Under the pieces are notes generated by a model. It searched no databases, had not been told where the DNA came from, and was given only the letters and a program-made list of their open reading frames with translations. Below are positions 61,118-64,000 of a stretch of DNA of 64,000 bases, in pieces; positions within the stretch are counted from its first letter, which is position 1, and each line of letters opens with the position of its first letter. A program made the translations under genes and the position numbers. The DNA is from Mizuhopecten yessoensis (lineage: Eukaryota): assembly GCF_002113885.1 (NCBI RefSeq), contig NW_018480051.1, positions 306,961-370,960 on the forward strand. Direction: 5' to 3'.

Positions 61118-61460
61118 TTTGTTTGTTTGTTTGGTTTTGTTTAACGTCCTATTAACAGCTAAGGTCATTTAAGGACGGCCTCCCCTGTGTGCAAGATGCA
61201 TGCGTGTAGTGTATGTGTGTATTTTGGGAGGCTGCGATATGTTCGTGTTTGTCTCCTTGTGATAGCGCGGAACTGATGCCGACTTTATAGTGCTACCTCA
61301 CTGAGACATGCTGCCGAAAACACCCAGCAGGACGCCCCACCCGGTCACATTATCCTGACAACGGGCGAACCAGTCGTCCCACTCCTAATTTGCTGAGCGT
61401 TAAGCAGGAGTAGAAACTACCATTTTTAAAGACTTTGGTATGTCTCGGCCAGGGGACAGA
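61118..61460 (-). mobile_element. Truncated SINE copy, TSD acatg
   Basis: Matches the 3' part of 34135-34674; splits VDEYM|IPF. Confidence 0.9.
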
Positions 61461-61970
61461 ACATGATTCCGTTCACGGGAAAAGTGAATTTCAAACAATA
61501 TATGAGACTTAAACCCCCAAAATTGGGTGTGGAAGTGTAGGTGTTGGCTGAATCTGAGTGCAGCTATGTTCACTACATTGACATCTACCTAGGTATTTAT
61601 CATCTTGTTATAAAATGAAATTGGCTGTTAATACTAAAAAACTTCTAAATCTATTATCTAATTTGCTTCAGGAAATATGTAAATAAGCCACAGCAATTCA
61701 TGTTGGTATTACAATTAAGATAGTCACATTATATACTAGTTATGTAATGTCAGTGATTTAATGTCGGTGCTAGTGGCCTTAGTAAGGTTCACTCTTCGTC
61801 ACTCAGTCCTCATTTTCACATAATGACACTTGCCAAATGCCTACAATGTAGTTATATTTTGTATTTTTACATTATCCAATTAAGAGTATTACCTTACATT
61901 GATTGTAGGGAGATACCGCCATGCTAAAGGTGCTCTGGCTAGCAGAGTAGTTAGCAAATCCCAATGCTTG

Positions 61971-62126
61971 TTTGTTTGTTTGATTTTGTTTAACGTCCCA
62001 TTAACAGCTAAGGTCATTTAAGGACGGCCTCCCCTGTATGCAAGATGCATGCGTGTAGTGTGTGTGTGTGTATTTTGGGAGGCTGCGATATGTTCGTGTT
62101 TGTCTACTTGTGATAGCGCGGAACTG
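61971..62126 (-). mobile_element. Truncated SINE copy, TSD atgcttg
   Basis: TSD at 61964-61970 and 62127-62133. Confidence 0.9.
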
Positions 62127-62524
62127 ATGCTTGCAGGGTACTGAAGTTCAGGGCCAGGGTTACCATGTTTATATGGATAACTATTATACCTCGCCCGATC
62201 TTTTCACTAGTCTATACAATAATACAACTTATTCATGTGGTACAGTGAGGTCCAACCGTAGAGGCCTACCAAGGGACCTAATGCAGAAGCGCCCTGAGGG
62301 TGTAGTACAGAGAGTTGACATGGCTTCAGGCAAAAGGGGCCACTTGCAGCAGTTGTTTGGAAAGACAAAAAATCTGTCACAGCCCTGTCTACAATTCACG
62401 ACAACAGTATTGTAGAGGTGCAACGCCTTGTTGAAGGGGAGGATGGTACTTTTGCCCGACAGAATGTACCATGTCCACAACTTTCAAGTGATTACACTTC
62501 GCACATGGGTGGGGTTGATAAAGC

Positions 62525-62643
62525 TTTGTTTGTTTGATTTTGTTTAATGTCCTATTAACAGCTAAGGTCATTTAAGGACGGCCTCCCCTGTGTGCAAGAT
62601 GCATGCGTGTAGTGTATGTGTGTGTATTTTGGGAGGCTGCGAT
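62525..62643 (-). mobile_element. Truncated SINE copy, TSD gttgataaagc
   Basis: TSD at 62514-62524 and 62644-62654. Confidence 0.9.
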
Positions 62644-62707
62644 GTTGATAAAGCAGACCGGTATATACAGTACTACTCTTTCAACCACAAAACATGGAAA
62701 TGGACTG

Positions 62708-62843
62708 TTTGTTTGTTTGTTTGTTTGTTTGATTTTGTTTAACGTCCTATTAACAGCTAAGGTCATTTAAGGACGGCCTCCCCTGTGTGCAAGATGCATG
62801 CGTGTAGTGTATGTGTGTGTATTTTGGGAGGCTGCGATATGTT
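62708..62843 (-). mobile_element. Truncated SINE copy, TSD aaatggactg
   Basis: TSD at 62698-62707 and 62844-62853. Confidence 0.9.
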
Positions 62844-63689
62844 AAATGGACTGTGAAAGTGTTCTTCCGTCTTCTGGAAATCATGAAGCTGAATGCTTTT
62901 CAACTATTTCTACAGCGTCCTCATCATCAGCCTGGGCAGGGAAAGCAGCAGCTGTCTTTCCTGCAGTTTACTCAGAGCATCATCAGAGGACTAGTAGATT
63001 GTTTCACCTCTACTGCAAGGAAAGGTAGACCATCTCCACTACCGCTGGATGACCGTCTAACACAGCGTTACCTTCCTGGCACACTTGAGTCGCGGTCTTG
63101 GTGCCATGTGTGTTACATGAGATGTACGAGTGGAATGCAGGACAACAACCAGCCAAACGAAACTGGGCTGCACTGAATGCCGGAGTCATCTGTGCCTTCC
63201 AACATGTTTCACTGTGTATCATTATCAGACAAAGTATTTCTAGATAGCTGCTGTACTGCAAGATACACATGAGGTGCGGGGTCTTTGGCAGACACTTAGC
63301 TGCCATGAAGAATTGTCAATTTCTTCTAAATGTATTGGGGGAAAAATATCAAAATGATCATTGCTGAATTTTTAAAAAAAAGTTTGAAAACAATTTGCAT
63401 GCATGAGAGAAAATACAAAACCAAATGCACGATGAACTAGAAAAAAATATACAAACAAATGCATGCTGAATTTGCAAAAAAAGGCTGGTCCTTTTATAAT
63501 ATGCTTACATTTGACTACCCTCCCATGGTGCAAGCGTTTAAAACTATTGTCTTATTTTTATTTTCTTTGGTGTATTTTATTTTTATTCATTTTCTTTGGT
63601 TGTTATCGTTGCTGTACATGTATTATTGTAGACTAGTGTCGTGCCTCCTGAAAATTATCCTTGGAGTTATCCATCTTGTCGTACATCCT

Positions 63690-64000
63690 ATCAAGGGACA
63701 TACTGCAGAAACGCCCTGAGGGTGTAGTACAGAAAGGGGACATAGCCTTCAGGCAAAAGGGACCACTTGCCGAGTTGTTTGGAAAGACAAAATATGTGTC
63801 ACAGCCCTGTCTACAATATTGTAGAGGTGCAACACCTTGTTAAAGAGGAGGATGGTACCTTTACTCGACATAATGTATCCTGTCTACAGCTTCTAAGTCA
63901 TTATTCTTCGTACATGGGTGGGGTTGATAAAGCAGACCAGTATATACAGTACTACTCTTTCAACCACAAAATACGGAAATGGACTGTGAAAGTGTTCTTC
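63690..64000 (+). pseudogene. Second, SINE-free partial copy of the piggyBac transposase (runs off the window)
   Basis: Colinear with ~62270-62865 minus the SINEs; MGGVDKADQYIQYYSFNHKIRKWTVKVF. Confidence 0.85.

Larger units (their letters stand above)
60376..63247 (+). pseudogene. piggyBac transposase with an intron (~61593-61908) and four SINE insertions
   Basis: MTRDRFTTILRYIHF, LYKIR, VDEYMIPFTG, VYMDNYYTSP, GTVRSNRRGLP, MGGVDKAD, C-terminal CHVC..CTEC..LC..CF..YH. Confidence 0.9.

Overview
Eukaryotic, AT-rich, intron-containing DNA, most likely from a bivalve mollusc (inferred from the Meta/V-domain SINEs, Helentron-type satellite-carrying elements and TTAGGG motifs). Only the first ~6.6 kb looks like a host gene: three 3' coding exons of a low-complexity Ser/Gln-rich protein plus a long 3' UTR. 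The rest is a nested transposon and virus-like graveyard. It holds a spliced Ginger1-like integrase-Ulp1 element split by an RTE-X-like LINE, and a Maverick/Polinton-type protein-primed PolB split by a 5.8-kb AcademX transposon (TAG..CTA ends, TTA TSD). It also holds a decayed multi-exon type I membrane protein gene, Gypsy pol, a Harbinger Myb/SANT gene, a spliced PIF1 helicase split by a CR1 LINE, an ISL2EU/Harbinger-clan transposase and a piggyBac hit four times by one SINE family. The most unusual signal is an apparent family of telomere-repeat-bearing elements. A 7.3-kb unit (17673-24958) is bounded by exact 18-bp direct repeats plus an internal inverted copy, is packed with palindromic TTAGGG/TGCAACATA arrays and encodes a telobox-like Myb helix. 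A second locus (46.5-50.2 kb) has the same TTAGGG-plus-motif architecture and encodes a zinc-finger, tyrosine-recombinase-like protein. All family assignments come from motif recognition by eye; no database searches were run.
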